In this document: positions 51,300 through 64,000 of the stretch, piece by piece
How the letters are laid out: each line of letters starts with the position of its first letter
How positions within the stretch are numbered: position 1 is the first letter of the stretch
From: Octopus vulgaris
Lineage: Eukaryota
Length of the DNA stretch: 64,000 nt
Direction: 5' to 3'
Assembly (NCBI GenBank): GCA_951406725.2
Contig: OX597833.1
Span: 62,496,001-62,560,000, forward strand
Made by a program: the position numbers and the translations under genes
Notes under the pieces: model-generated
Told to the model about the DNA's origin: nothing
The model's database searches: none
The model's input: only the letters and a program-made list of their open reading frames with translations

Positions 51300-53114
51300 A
51301 TTATTCCATACTATACATAATTAACGACAAAAAAAAACAACAAAAAAAAAACAATTGATGAAATAAGGATTTCATTGACCAAATTTTCAAGAGAAAAACC
51401 AAAGGCTGAAACCCCAAAATAGGATGGAATGATATATACACACATATACATACATGTGTGTATATATATATATATACATATATATGTATGTGTGTGTATA
51501 TATATATACATATATATGTGTATATATATATATAAGCACAAACATTTACATATAGTACACATGCACATATGATATATATATATCGTGTGTATATCATATT
51601 AATATTTTAACATAAAAACAAGTTTTTTGTATTTTTCTTGTTCTTTCTTCCACTTCAGCAGAACATGTGGTTTCTATACGCAACATCATATTTTCCATGT
51701 TTTATTCTCAAATTTACAACAAATGATTAAAAACAAAAAAAACATAGAGAAGGATGAATGGAATTCAAATAATCAAAACTGTAACGAACATTTAAGTATC
51801 TAAGGTAACTCAAAGATTTTTTTTCTTTTTTAACACTTAGCAAAAATTAAAACGAGAATTATTTTCTTTGTGCATGTGTGTCTGTGTGTGTGTGTGTGTG
51901 TGTGTGTTTGTTTACTTTTTAATGCATAAATTAATGGATAAAAATAATGAAAATTCATAACTATAAAAAAAAGTCTTGGAGACATTTTATCATATTTTTT
52001 TTTCTTCTTCTTGAGGCTTAAAAATTAAACAAAGTATAGGTTTTACATTTTATTTGTGATCTGTTTTAGTCGTTAATATGGTGGCCATGCAGGCCGTACA
52101 CATATATAAAAAATAAAAACATCATGAAAAGGACCGTAAGAATACTGGTGAACAAAGATGGATAATGAAGAGAGAAAGATACAAGGAGAATTTTTACCGA
52201 AAAGCAAGAAAACACTAGAATCAATATTATTATTATTAATATTATTTTTGAAACATCAAATAAATTTCAGTAATAGCGTTTTGGTTGTTTGGTCGGTTGC
52301 GTTGCTAAGTGTTGCAACTACAAAAAGAATTTTTTTTTTTGGTTGTCCTTTTGTTTGTAGTGTTGTTGTTGGTGTTGTTAAGGTTCTAATACTGTTTAAT
52401 AATAATCAGCAGGTCTTCAAAACGTTCATTTTTCAAAAAAAAAACAAAAAACGAAGAACGAAACTAAATGCTTTTAAACAGTCGTGAAACTGTTAAAACA
52501 AAAGTAAAGAATATAAATAGTTAAATGATCAAAAAATATTAAAAAATACAACTCTGTAACATTTAAAAATTTTGAAATGCTTATTATGTGTATGTGGGAG
52601 TATGTATATATGTGTGTGAGCATGCATATATGAATATATGCAGAAATATGACTCTGTGCAAATCATACACATATATGCATGTTTATATGAATGTATACTG
52701 AAATACGCCTGTGTGCATATATACATATATATATATGTATACACATATACACACATACATACACACACTTGTAAATAAAAACCTGGTTCTTAGAAGTCGA
52801 CAATAAAAGAATAGAAAAAAAAAATGAAGAAAGAAAGAAAGAAAGAACTACGTCTGTAACAGAAGGTTCTAGTACAGGCCAGCTGTTACATAGTAGTCCT
52901 CTCCCTCGGAGTGGGTGGGTGAGCGGGTGGGTGTGGTGGTGGGGGGAGCTGGAGAATGCAAGGGTGTGGGCAGGGTGGAGGAGTGGGGTGGGGGGGCAGG
53001 GCGGGAGTGGGGTGGGTGAGGGGGTTTTGTGTGTGTGGATAAGAGGTAAACCACTAACTGACACTCTTCCAAGCTTGCCAGAGGTGTTGGAGGTTTTTTT
53101 AGCATTAGTGCCAG
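51300..53114 (-). other. Probable 3' UTR of the minus-strand gene (3' end unknown; may extend toward about 39.5-42.6 kb)
   Basis: Largely SINE-free sequence, U-rich on the minus strand, directly after the stop codon. Similar composition recurs at 42.2-42.9 kb and 39.5-40.7 kb. Confidence 0.45.
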
Positions 53115-53157
53115 TTAGGTGGTGATGAAAGTATGCTCAAACCGTCTAGGATTCCTT
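53115..53157 (-). CDS. Unidentified minus-strand gene, terminal coding exon (KES* or E-RNPRRFEHTFITT*)
   Basis: Very strong acceptor ttttttcctctctctctttcag|AAGGAATCCTAG. Stop is at 53146-53148 if the 64-nt exon is included and 53115-53117 if skipped. Followed by UTR-like U/A-rich sequence. Confidence 0.7.
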
Positions 53158-54415
53158 CTGAAAGAGAGAGAGGAAAAAAAAAAAAGAAAAAAAAAACCCA
53201 ATTAGAACTGGATTAATTAAATTTAAATAAATAAATAAAAAATAACTAACAAATATCTATTTCTTTATTACCCACAAGGGGCTAAACATAGAGGGGACAA
53301 ACATGGACAGACATAGGTATTAAGTCGATTATATCGACTCCAGTGCGAAACTGGTACTTTATTTATCAACCTCGAGAGGATGAAAGGCTAAGGTGACCTC
53401 GGCGGAATTTGAACTCAGAATGTAATGACAGACAAATTACCGCTAAGCATTTCGTCCGGCGTGCTAACGTTTCTGTCAGCTCACCGCCTTTAACTAACAA
53501 ATATCAAAGGAAGAGATAAAGATATATGTGGCACTCCGTCGGTTACGACGACGAGGGTTCCAGTTGATCAGATCAACGGAACAGCCTGCTTGTGAAATTG
53601 AAGTGCAAGTGGCTGAGCACTCCAAAGACACGTGTACCCTTAATGTACTTCTTGGAGGAAATTCAGCGTGACACAGAGTGTGACAAGGCTGGCCCCTTTG
53701 AATTACAGGTACAAGAGAAACAGGAAGAAAGAGTGAGGGAAAGAGTACAGCAGGGTTCACCACCTGCCAGACCCTCGTGGAGCTTTTAGGTGTTTTCGTT
53801 CAATAAATACTCACAACACCCGGTCTGGGAATATTCTGATCCTCATGTGCATCTTTTAATATCCTCACTGATTTCTAATATGGATATGCAACCTCACAAT
53901 GTCTCATGCAAGGACATTTATGATTTATATGTATTTATACATTTTTAGCCGGTGGCACGTAAAAAGCACCATCCGGTCGTGGCTGTTTGCCAGCCTCGTC
54001 TGGCACCTGTGCGGGTGGCACATAAAAAGCACCCACTACACTCACAGAGTGGTTGGCGTTAGGAAGGGCATCCAGCCGTAGAAACATTGCCGGATCAGAC
54101 TGTGCCTGGTGCAGCCTTCTGGCTTCCCAGACCCCAGTTGAACCGTCCAACCCATGCTAGCATGGAAAGCGGACGCTAAACGATGATCATCATCATATAT
54201 AGATATATATGAGTGCACCTGTGTGGCAGTGAAATATATTGAGTGAATAAGAACACCAACTTTTGAAATTTGTCATCTCTTGGTTTTATATATATATATA
54301 TATATATCACGGTGACCGATCAGGCTATCAGATGTTGTTAGACATCGCTGGTCACAATGCGCTTCACATTGTTTTAGCCTTCAAAGGACACTACCCCACT
54401 GGCTAAGCAAGGAGG

Positions 54416-54508
<93 letters not shown>

Positions 54509-54581
54509 AATATTTTTACCACAAAGACTTTGCTTTACCAACAATGAGTGGCACTCAAGTATATTCCTGAGAGATACTTAC

Positions 54582-54645
54582 AGACATAATATCTTCGCAT
54601 TTGGTGTCTTCCGTATTAATCTTATCTGTTTGATCTTTCTTTAAG
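54582..54645 (-). CDS. Unidentified minus-strand gene, 64-nt exon (D-LKKDQTDKINTEDTKCEDIMS)
   Basis: attcttttcttgcag|CTTAAAG...ATGTCT|gtaagt. Only the phase-2 entry frame is open, matching the upstream exon. Exits in phase 0. Confidence 0.7.
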
Positions 54646-55106
54646 CTGCAAGAAAAGAATTCACAAATAATTAGAAGCACTGCAGAGACTAAAAGCAATT
54701 TGACTTTTCTACCAATTAGCTTCAATCCATATAATACCTATGTATTGTCTCCCTAAAAGAGTCTTTATATATATATATATATATATGCACTTGTCTCCCT
54801 GAATAGGTCATATTGGGGTTAGCAGCATCATACGGCTTGGCAGAAACCAGTCAATGTAGCAGAATTCCTTTTTCCTCAATAATTTGGGGGTTTAAAGGAT
54901 GACATAAAAGTGAACCAGGAATTGAACCAGAAGTGTATTACCAGGGTCCACTTCTGCCCCCAAAAGAGGTAAGGAGCAGGAAATAAGTAACATAAAAGTG
55001 AATCTATATTGTAGATGTCTGAAAATGTGTGGACGTTTGTGAGTTGTTGTTGATTCGAAGTTTCCAAGCAATTCTTTACATCTTCCCACATGAAACACTT
55101 TGATAT

Positions 55107-55335
55107 TTAACCCTTTCATTACTGTATTTCTGTTGAGATGCTCTCTGTTTCTTTCAATTATTTTAAATATAAGAAAGAATTTAGTAAAATAACTTAGTTA
55201 TCATTCAGCTAGTGTTAGGAATATAAATTGTGACTAAGCTTTGGTGGAAGATTTTAATTCAAAACTTTTGAAAACAAGACATTTGTACTACAGAGTCAGA
55301 GGCGGTTTCATCCAGGTTGGTATAGAAAGGGTCAA
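55107..55335. mobile_element. piggyBac-like MITE
   Basis: TTAA-ccctttc...gaaaggg-tcaa. Homologous to the host sequence of the Helitron at about 13950-14456. Confidence 0.6.
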
Positions 55336-56056
55336 TCCAACCATATCTGGCCCGTATATCCTCCTGTTTTATGCTCAAACCAGCCAGATCTGGCCTCTCG
55401 CCCCTACCCTGCAATGTCCTGCTAATAATATACAATCACATCATCAAAACCTCAAAGCTATGAGATAATGCAGGATTAATTTAAGACAATGTGAATAAAT
55501 AAGCATTGTATTTGACAGGGTAATTTGAATGCTGAATGGTTGAACCAGTGATGGACAAACTATGGTTCAATATGTTACTGTGACATTTTTAGTAGCGAGG
55601 CCTGCCTGATAATGAGCCATGCCTCATGTGGCCCTTTCTCAAAAAGGGTTGCCCATGCCTGCATTAAACAGTGTTCCTATCAGGTCGTAAACTGTATCAG
55701 ATTTATGAATTATTAAAAAGCAAATAGAAATGGGGTGGGGGGAAACAAAACACCTTCAGTAACTAAGAGGAGGTGGAAAAATTATTATCAGGTAAAACAT
55801 GTGAACAATGGCTGGGAATTTTACGAAGAAAAAAAAAAAAAAAAAAAATTATCCAATTAAGTTGGTGGTGATGGCAGACAGGTGTGAAAAATAATGGTTT
55901 GATGCAATATGTTACGTAACTACATAAAACTATCGTATTTCAGAGGCTATGGTGGTGTATAAAGCCAAGGGGATTCATTAAAATACAGCGATTTGATGGA
56001 AATAACGCTCATTACATGCATATATATATACATATATGTATACATATATGTATACA

Positions 56057-56102
<46 letters not shown>

Positions 56103-56185
56103 TGTATATATATATATATATATATAAACACACATGTATATATATTGTAGAAATATGGACATATGCATGTATACACATACGTGTG

Positions 56186-56231
<46 letters not shown>

Positions 56232-57489
56232 CATGCACACACATTATTTACTTCAATATTTCAGCTTCACTAAACCTTAATCATGAAATCTGTAATGTAT
56301 AGGGGAAAAAAAAAACTGTTAAATATTTAACTTTTCTGCACAAATTTCCCATTTTCTGCTGCACAAATTTCACACATTTCATGATTGAGGTTTATTGAAG
56401 CTGAAATGTGGAACCAATCTACTGCTGCCCCCCCCGCCCATCACACACCCCACCCATCAGCCTTGGTGTTGGCTTTGGGTACCGCCATTATCAACTCGGA
56501 AGATTTAAATTACACAGAATTGCATCCAACCAAAATAAACGTCTCTAACAATGAAGCCAGGAGAACTACACTGGAAGAAGTTGTGATGGTCATGCCTGCT
56601 CCAAAGGAATTAATTTACAATAAAGGCACAAGATTTAACCAAATCTTTGTCAAATACAATATTTCAAAGAAAGGACACACCAGATAATGTAGTCCTTGAT
56701 AGACTGTCCTTTAAAAAAATGTGATCAGTTTAATCAGGGCTGACCTACCTCTACCCATACACACTTCTTGTTTTGAGGGGCCACCCTACTACCTTACCAT
56801 TACAATTTTTGTCTCTTTCCAGCTTCACTCTGGTTACTCATACCTTCTCGTCTGTAATATAAGCAGTCATGTAGCCCCACCCCACAAGCCACCTACAGTA
56901 AGAAACGTGTTTTGTCTTGGCTCCTTCTCTCTTACTTTAATTCTTCATCTCATAGCATAAAACTACCTCCCTCTCTACTGTAGTCACATTCAGTCAAACG
57001 GGATCTTAATCTTGCAATCTGCATGGTGACAATAACTAGGCTGGTTGCACAAAAAAAACGCACTCAGATCACTCTCTAAAGTGGTTGATGTGCATCTGTA
57101 AGTGTGAGGCAGACATCTGTTCCCAATATTTTTAACAGCCTGGTTTGGAGAAAGGACACAAGTCCTTTCCTTGTCTTGGAGAAAGGATATATACCCCAAG
57201 CCTTGATTTTGAGAAAGGGCATGAGGTTGGTCTTAGTTTTGAGGAAAGCTAGATGCATATGCCTCTGGCCTTCCCAGGCCCTGCGTGACATACAACATCA
57301 ATGTGGTTTATATTCTTTCAACAGCGTCCAGTGGATGGCTATTGGTAAAAAATACATAAAATACATCACACCCTTCTTAAGACAGTTGTAGCTGCCGTTT
57401 CGCACATGAAAGCTTCTTTGTTGGTTCATTACAAGCCAACTACTACAGGGGTGGGTTAGATTACAATAAAACTAAAACAAACCACTTAC

Positions 57490-57528
57490 TCATCATCTGT
57501 ATCTTCATTCTTCAAAGGCTTCTTTTCA
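57490..57528 (-). CDS. Unidentified minus-strand gene, 39-nt internal exon (EKKPLKNEDTDD)
   Basis: On the minus strand: ctccatttttctatttccag|TGAAAAG...GATGATGA|gtaagt. Only the phase 2-2 frame is open. Confidence 0.75.
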
Positions 57529-58323
57529 CTGGAAATAGAAAAATGGAGAATGGAAGACAAAGAATTAATAATGGAATAAAAACACAAACAGGAACTTCAC
57601 AACGGAAAAAAAAAAAAAAAAGACAAGGAATAAAAGCGAGGAGACATGAAATAAGAAAGAAGTGTTTTAATGACATTTAAAAATGTAAATTTACTCAATA
57701 ATCAATTCCTGTGTTTAATGCTTTACCAAATAATATTTCCACCATTCTCCAGATGTTGGTTTAAAATTTATACATCAACATCATCATCATCATCATCCAA
57801 CATTAAAGGATGATGATGATGACGACACACACAAACATGTGTATATAAGTATACAGATACATGTATACAGATATATACATACACACACACACACACACAA
57901 CCGCAAAATATTAATCAAACTATAATAATACATCAATGTTAATATTACTAACATACAATAATAGTAGCAGATTGTCTTATGCACGATCCGTTCTGCTAAT
58001 CCATGTATGTGTGAGAGAGAGAGAGGGAGTGTACATATATATATTACACAGGTAAGTATATGTGTGTCCTACTGCTGGAACAAATTTTCACCTCCCTCCA
58101 ATATTTATGGTGTTTCTAACACAGCAAGTCCACAAGAGATGTTATCTCAAGACAAATATTGTAGTAACTGGCCTATCAATAGTATATGCATATCAAATAT
58201 TACATATATATATATATACACACACACACATGCATATGTGTGTGAAGCTATATATATATACACACAGACACACATACAGGTGCACGTATGTAAAATCAAA
58301 TATATATATATATATATAAATAA

Positions 58324-58414
58324 ATAATGTAAAGTATAGAAGCCATCTTATCATGGCTAACCACATAGGGGAGGGGGTTAGTCATGATAAGATGGCTTCT
58401 ATACTTTACATTAT
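58324..58414. repeat. 39-bp near-perfect hairpin
   Basis: ataatgtaaagtatagaagccatcttatcatggctaacc / ggttagtcatgataagatggcttctatactttacattat, one mismatch. Confidence 0.9.
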
Positions 58415-58878
58415 CGAGCGATTACTGTTTCAATCTCATTTTGAGATTTAATTATGCTATAAATAAATAGTTTAACATTAAATATAGGACCTCTCAATTT
58501 TTCACAAAGAAAAGTTTCGGATTATCTGCCTTCATCAAACTGTGCTATACTTAGTTCCTTTTTGGCTGTGTATAGATTTTGGCAAGTTGGTTTTCAACTT
58601 CTTCGCCAGTCTGTCTCTACCACCAAATTATCATTTGCCATAGCTCCACAGCCCCACAAAAATGAAGTTGTCGAAGACAAAATAAAGCCAATAAGAACCC
58701 AAGCTATGCAAAGTCTGGTGAAGACCAGCAACTTACTGCCAACATTTTCTTCGTAAAAGTTAAGAAATAAACACACACACACTTTGCAGGTTAACAAGGT
58801 AACCAATTGTTACATGCAAACAGATCTTCACAATTGTTGAAGAATTCCACATGGAAGTGTTGGTACTTGTATCTGTTT

Positions 58879-59210
<332 letters not shown>

Positions 59211-59427
59211 AATAATTATTATTTGAGGGAATATAAATCCAAACTTACAGGGAAAAAAATTCAGTTTAAAAATACTAAATCAAATTTCACACAATATAAA
59301 ATTATATATATATATATAAACAATTAGAATAAAAACCACCATTTATATGTAATTTTCTAGATGGTGTAATTTAATTGTTCATTTTGAATTGATAAAAGGT
59401 GTTTTTTTTCTAATTTTATATACATAT

Positions 59428-59473
<46 letters not shown>

Positions 59474-61080
59474 ATGTATAGGAAGATAAATAAATGCCAG
59501 GCTTGTGAAAAAATGGCTATATGAGAAAGACACTGGCAGAGACAACAACAGATAATTTACAATCTGACTGGTTCCATCAGTGACACCAGCCATGGGCAAG
59601 AAAGTGTGCCACACCTGCCCCCACCCTCATGATCAGATTATACAAAATACAGACAATCCAGAAAGAAAATGGATGCAGTAGTCAGAAAAGCATTCAAAGT
59701 TTCGAATATAAACAGTTTCTGTGAGTTTACAAAGTGGAAAAGAAAAGACAGATTCTTCAAAACAAATCATGCATCTTGCTTTTTCAGTATAGGAAGAAAG
59801 CCATCCTTATGAAGCGATAGTTTAAAGCAGGGTTTCTCAACCAATTTTTTACCAATGGACTCCTTTGATTTCTATTTTACGCAGGTAGACCCTCTTAGTT
59901 GCTTGATGTTTAAAGAAATCCCTTTATATTTTTAGAATTTAATATTTTGGGGAATTGTATTTAGAAAAATTGTTAAAATATCTTGTGTACTGTAGAAGTG
60001 TGAACCAACATACAGCACATAAATTTTAACCTCAAAATTTTACATGGAACCCCCAAGGATCATTTTTCTTAACATGAAACCAATGGTAGCCTTAATTCAC
60101 AAATAAAGAAATTCTATCCTTAATGCAGTTCTGAGCACTTATTTTCATTGTTCAACATTTACATATATATATATATAAATATATATGTATGTATACATAT
60201 ATATCTGTTTCTTTACTACCCACAAGGGGCTAAACACAGAGAGGACAAACAAGGACAGACAAACAGATTAAGTCGATTACATTGACCCCAGTGCGTAACT
60301 GGTACTTATTTAATCGACCCCGAAAGGATGAAAGGCAAAGTCGACCTCGGCGGAATTTGAACTCAGAAGGTAGCGGCAGACGAAATATGGCTAAGCATTT
60401 CGCCTGGCATGCTAACGTTTCTGCCAGCTTGCCACCTTATATATATATATACATATATATCATCATCATTTAACATCCACTTTCTATGCTGGCATGGGTT
60501 GGATGGTTCGACAGGAGCTGGCCAATCAGGAGACTGCATCAGACTTCTGTGTCTGTTTCGGCATGCTTTAGATGCAGCCTAATTTCAGAGTAAAAGAGTT
60601 TTTAGACCATTTAAACTTATGAGTGGCCCAACATACATACAGGAGCAGGGGAGGTTTTTTTTTTATTATTTTAAAGCTCATCTTACATGCCAGCAAATAC
60701 TCTGTGTATTTGTATATAAGTGAAAAAAATGTATAGTAAACACACAAACAGAAAGAAAATACATATAATGACTTCACAGACGAATGGAAAAAGCATATAC
60801 TGAGTGCACAAAAGAGACGGATGACAGGCACGGAAGGTCCCTAATTCTTCATCAGTTATCAACCAGGTGGTATTACTCAGTTTCGTGTGTGTGTGTGTGT
60901 GTGTGTGTGCGTGTGCGTGTATAGCTGCCTAAAAGTCCATAAATCAGAAAAAACGTGAATAAATATATAAATATGCAAAATATTTGACTGAGTAATCTGA
61001 ATGCTAAAAGCATAAATGAATAAAATCTACTACTGTGTATTTTTCTGCTGTGCAAATCTAAATACACCATTTTATATATG

Positions 61081-61125
<45 letters not shown>

Positions 61126-61712
61126 ACATATATATATATATATGTATATATATATCTATGAATCATACTTAAATCTGAAACCATTGCATAAGAGAAAATC
61201 TCTTCGTCCAGAGAAGATGTCTCTTATGGATTGATGTGCTTAAAAAAACATGGCCTTGAGAACATGCTACTGACAAACACCAACGAGGCACTCTAATGGG
61301 AATATATAGCATTTTCACCAGCCACTGCTAAAACAATTTTCATCTGTGACTGTGTTTTTCAGCACACCATGTCCATAAAAGATATTATCTGTTAATGAAT
61401 ACTGCAGTAAATTTGTGCTTAGTGACATACATAAATTAAGTATGATACACAGATAGCTACTTTTATCTCATCTCTTCTACTCTAGGCACAAGGCCTGAAA
61501 TTTTGGGGGAGGGAGCCAGTCAATTAGATTAACTCCCAATACGTGACTGGTACCTAATTTATCGACCCTAAAAAAGAATGAAATGCAAAGTCGACCTCAG
61601 CAAAATTTGAACTTCAAACATAAACACAGATGAAATACCGCTAAGCATTTCGCCAGGCATGCCAACGTTTTTGCCAGCTTGCCGCCTTATCTAATATTGC
61701 TTCTGCTGCATA

Positions 61713-61755
<43 letters not shown>

Positions 61756-62067
61756 TCTCTGTACTTTATAGGCGCAGGAGTGGCTGTGTGGTAAGAAGCT
61801 TGCTTACAAACCACATGGTTTCAGGTTTAGTTCCACTGCGTGGCACCTTGGGCAAGTGTCTTCTACTATAGCCTCGGGCCAACCAAAGCCTTGCGAGTGA
61901 ATTCGGTAGACGGAAACTGAAAGAAGCCCGTCTATATATATTAGATATAAAACTTTCTGTACTTGTCTATAGTTTTACTGCTGGGCTGATGTATATTCTC
62001 ACAATTCATTCACAAAAATTGTACATCATTTTACATATAGAATATATAATTCTACATTCTACACATA

Positions 62068-62229
62068 GGCGCAGGAGTGGCTGTGTGGTAAGTAGCTTGC
62101 TTACCAACCACACAGTTCCGGGTTCAGTCCCGCTGCGTGGCACCTTGGGCAAGTGTCTTCTACTATAGCCTCGGGCCGACCAAAGCCTTGTGAGTGGATT
62201 TGGTAGATGGAAACTGAAAGAAGCCCGTC

Positions 62230-62319
<90 letters not shown>

Positions 62320-62512
62320 ATGTGTTTGTCTCCCCAACATCGCTTGACAACCGATGCTGGTGTGTTTACGTCCCCATTACTTAGCAGTTCGGCAAAAGAG
62401 ACCGAATAGGATAAGTACTAGGCTTACAAAGAATAAGTCCTGGGGTCGATTTGCTCGACTAAAGGCGGTGCTCCAGCATGGCCGCAGTCAAATGACTGAA
62501 ACAAGTAAAAGA
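62068..62512 (+). mobile_element. Full-length tRNA-derived SINE with CORE-like segment and central (TA)n(TG)n
   Basis: Head ggcgcaggagtggctgtgtggtaag...gggttcagtccc (A/B-box-like), then accttgggcaagtg, and tail ...aaatgactgaaacaagtaaaagag. Relatives at about 6000-6385(-), 6995-7170(-), 19086-19245(+), 26487-26735(-), 27330-27805, 30165-30565(-), 32480-32862(-), 33565-33950(+), 36400-36780(-), 37340-37725(-), 61770-61932(+) and 63060-63475(-). Confidence 0.9.
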
Positions 62513-63257
62513 GTACTTGTCTATAGTTTTACTGCTGGGCTGATGTATATTCTCACTATTCATTCACAAAAATCGTACAGCATTTTACATACAGAATATA
62601 TAATTCTACATTCTACACATAGGATATATATGTTTCACAGATGAAGTCAAACATGACTGAAACAAGCTGTCATCACCCTGTAAAACACCAATCTCACTCT
62701 TCGCTACATTCTGGATTAAAATTTTAATTTTAATTAAAATTTAAACGTTATTTCCCCCCACATTAACTGACCAGAATTAATTATCCAGACGGTCGGTCTC
62801 ATCGCTAACGATGTAATTTTAATTAAACTGTCTTGGCTTACTCCATTTTAGTATGCTAACATTATTATTCTCTGTGAACTGAGCTGTAACATACATCTAC
62901 CAAATTAGATAAGAAAACTGATTAATATTAGACAATCTAGAAAGAAAACGATTCATTACATTTGCTAATGTTGTTTATATATATAAAAAACATGTCTATG
63001 TATGATGTGCAAGTATGTGTGTGTGTGTGTGTGTGTGTGTATGTATATATATATATATACTCTTTTACTCGTTTCAGTCATTTGACTGCGGCCATGCTGG
63101 AGCACCGCCTTTAGTCGAGCAAATCGACCCCCCGGGACTTATTCTTTGTAAGCCCAGTACTTATTCTATCGGTCTCTTTTGCCGAACCGCTAAGTAACGG
63201 GGACATAAACACACCCGCATCGGTTGTCAAGCAATGCTAGGGGGACAAACACAAACA

Positions 63258-63321
<64 letters not shown>

Positions 63322-63928
63322 TACGACAGGCTTCTTTCAGTTTCCGTCTACCAAATCCACCCACAAGGCTTTGGTCGGCCCGAGGCTTTAGTAGAAGACA
63401 CTTGCCCAAGGTGCCAAGCAGTGGGACTGAACCCAGAACCATCTGGTTAGAAAGCAAGCTTCTTATCACATAGTCCACACACGCACACATACATATGTAT
63501 TTATGTATAGTTGTTTTGTTGGAACCAAAAAAAATTCACAAACTCGGGGTTTCACATTTCATATTATCAAACTAGGATGAAATGAAAAGTAGCAACACAA
63601 TACAAATGCGGGTCTAACTTGGTTCACAAGAGCGGAACATTTATGGATGACAAGGAGAGACGTTTAGATAATTAAAGCATTAGAAAAGAGAAAGGGATTA
63701 AATAATAATTTAGAAAATAAAAAAAGAAAAAAAAAGAAAAACAGGCAGTTATATTGTTAGATGAAAAAGAAAAAGAAGAAAAAAAAACTCATTTCAGACA
63801 ATGGATCAGGTGTTATAATTAGAACAACAAACAGATGGACAACATCAACAACTTAAGACAAAAAGCTCGTTATGACAATGATGAAGGGGAACAAGTTGAT
63901 GTGCTTGAATGTGTGTATGTATGTATGT

Positions 63929-63965
<37 letters not shown>

Positions 63966-64000
63966 TATATGTATATATATGCATATATATACATATATGC

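Noticed and set aside
52663-53105. Proline-rich ORFs on the minus strand
   Set aside because: They lie after the stop codons of the terminal exon and arise from the C-rich tract.

Overview
AT-rich, microsatellite- and retroposon-dense animal genomic DNA. The repeat families point to an octopus (coleoid cephalopod), which is an inference. Nearly all long ORFs in the supplied track are translated microsatellites or SINEs. Reading splice signals by hand gives two convergent genes. (1) A probably complete + strand gene of 8 coding exons (3571-27928, about 383 aa) for a type I membrane receptor: signal peptide, two Ig domains, TM helix, and a tail with YVN, YLEL and YEEP motifs. All intron phases match except Ig2 to TM, which is off by one base. 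(2) The last three coding exons of an unidentified - strand gene (57528-53115), where a 64-nt exon would switch the C-terminus. The rest is tRNA-derived SINEs, a retroposon with internal tandem arrays, R4/Dong-like and RTE-like LINE fragments, mariner derivatives, a non-autonomous Helitron and MITEs. The least expected signal is a set of at least seven minimal hammerhead-ribozyme-like motifs of the Penelope-like-element type, several in or beside fold-back repeats, one with a compensated U3-A8 core. Coordinates of interspersed repeats are approximate. No database search or folding computation was run.
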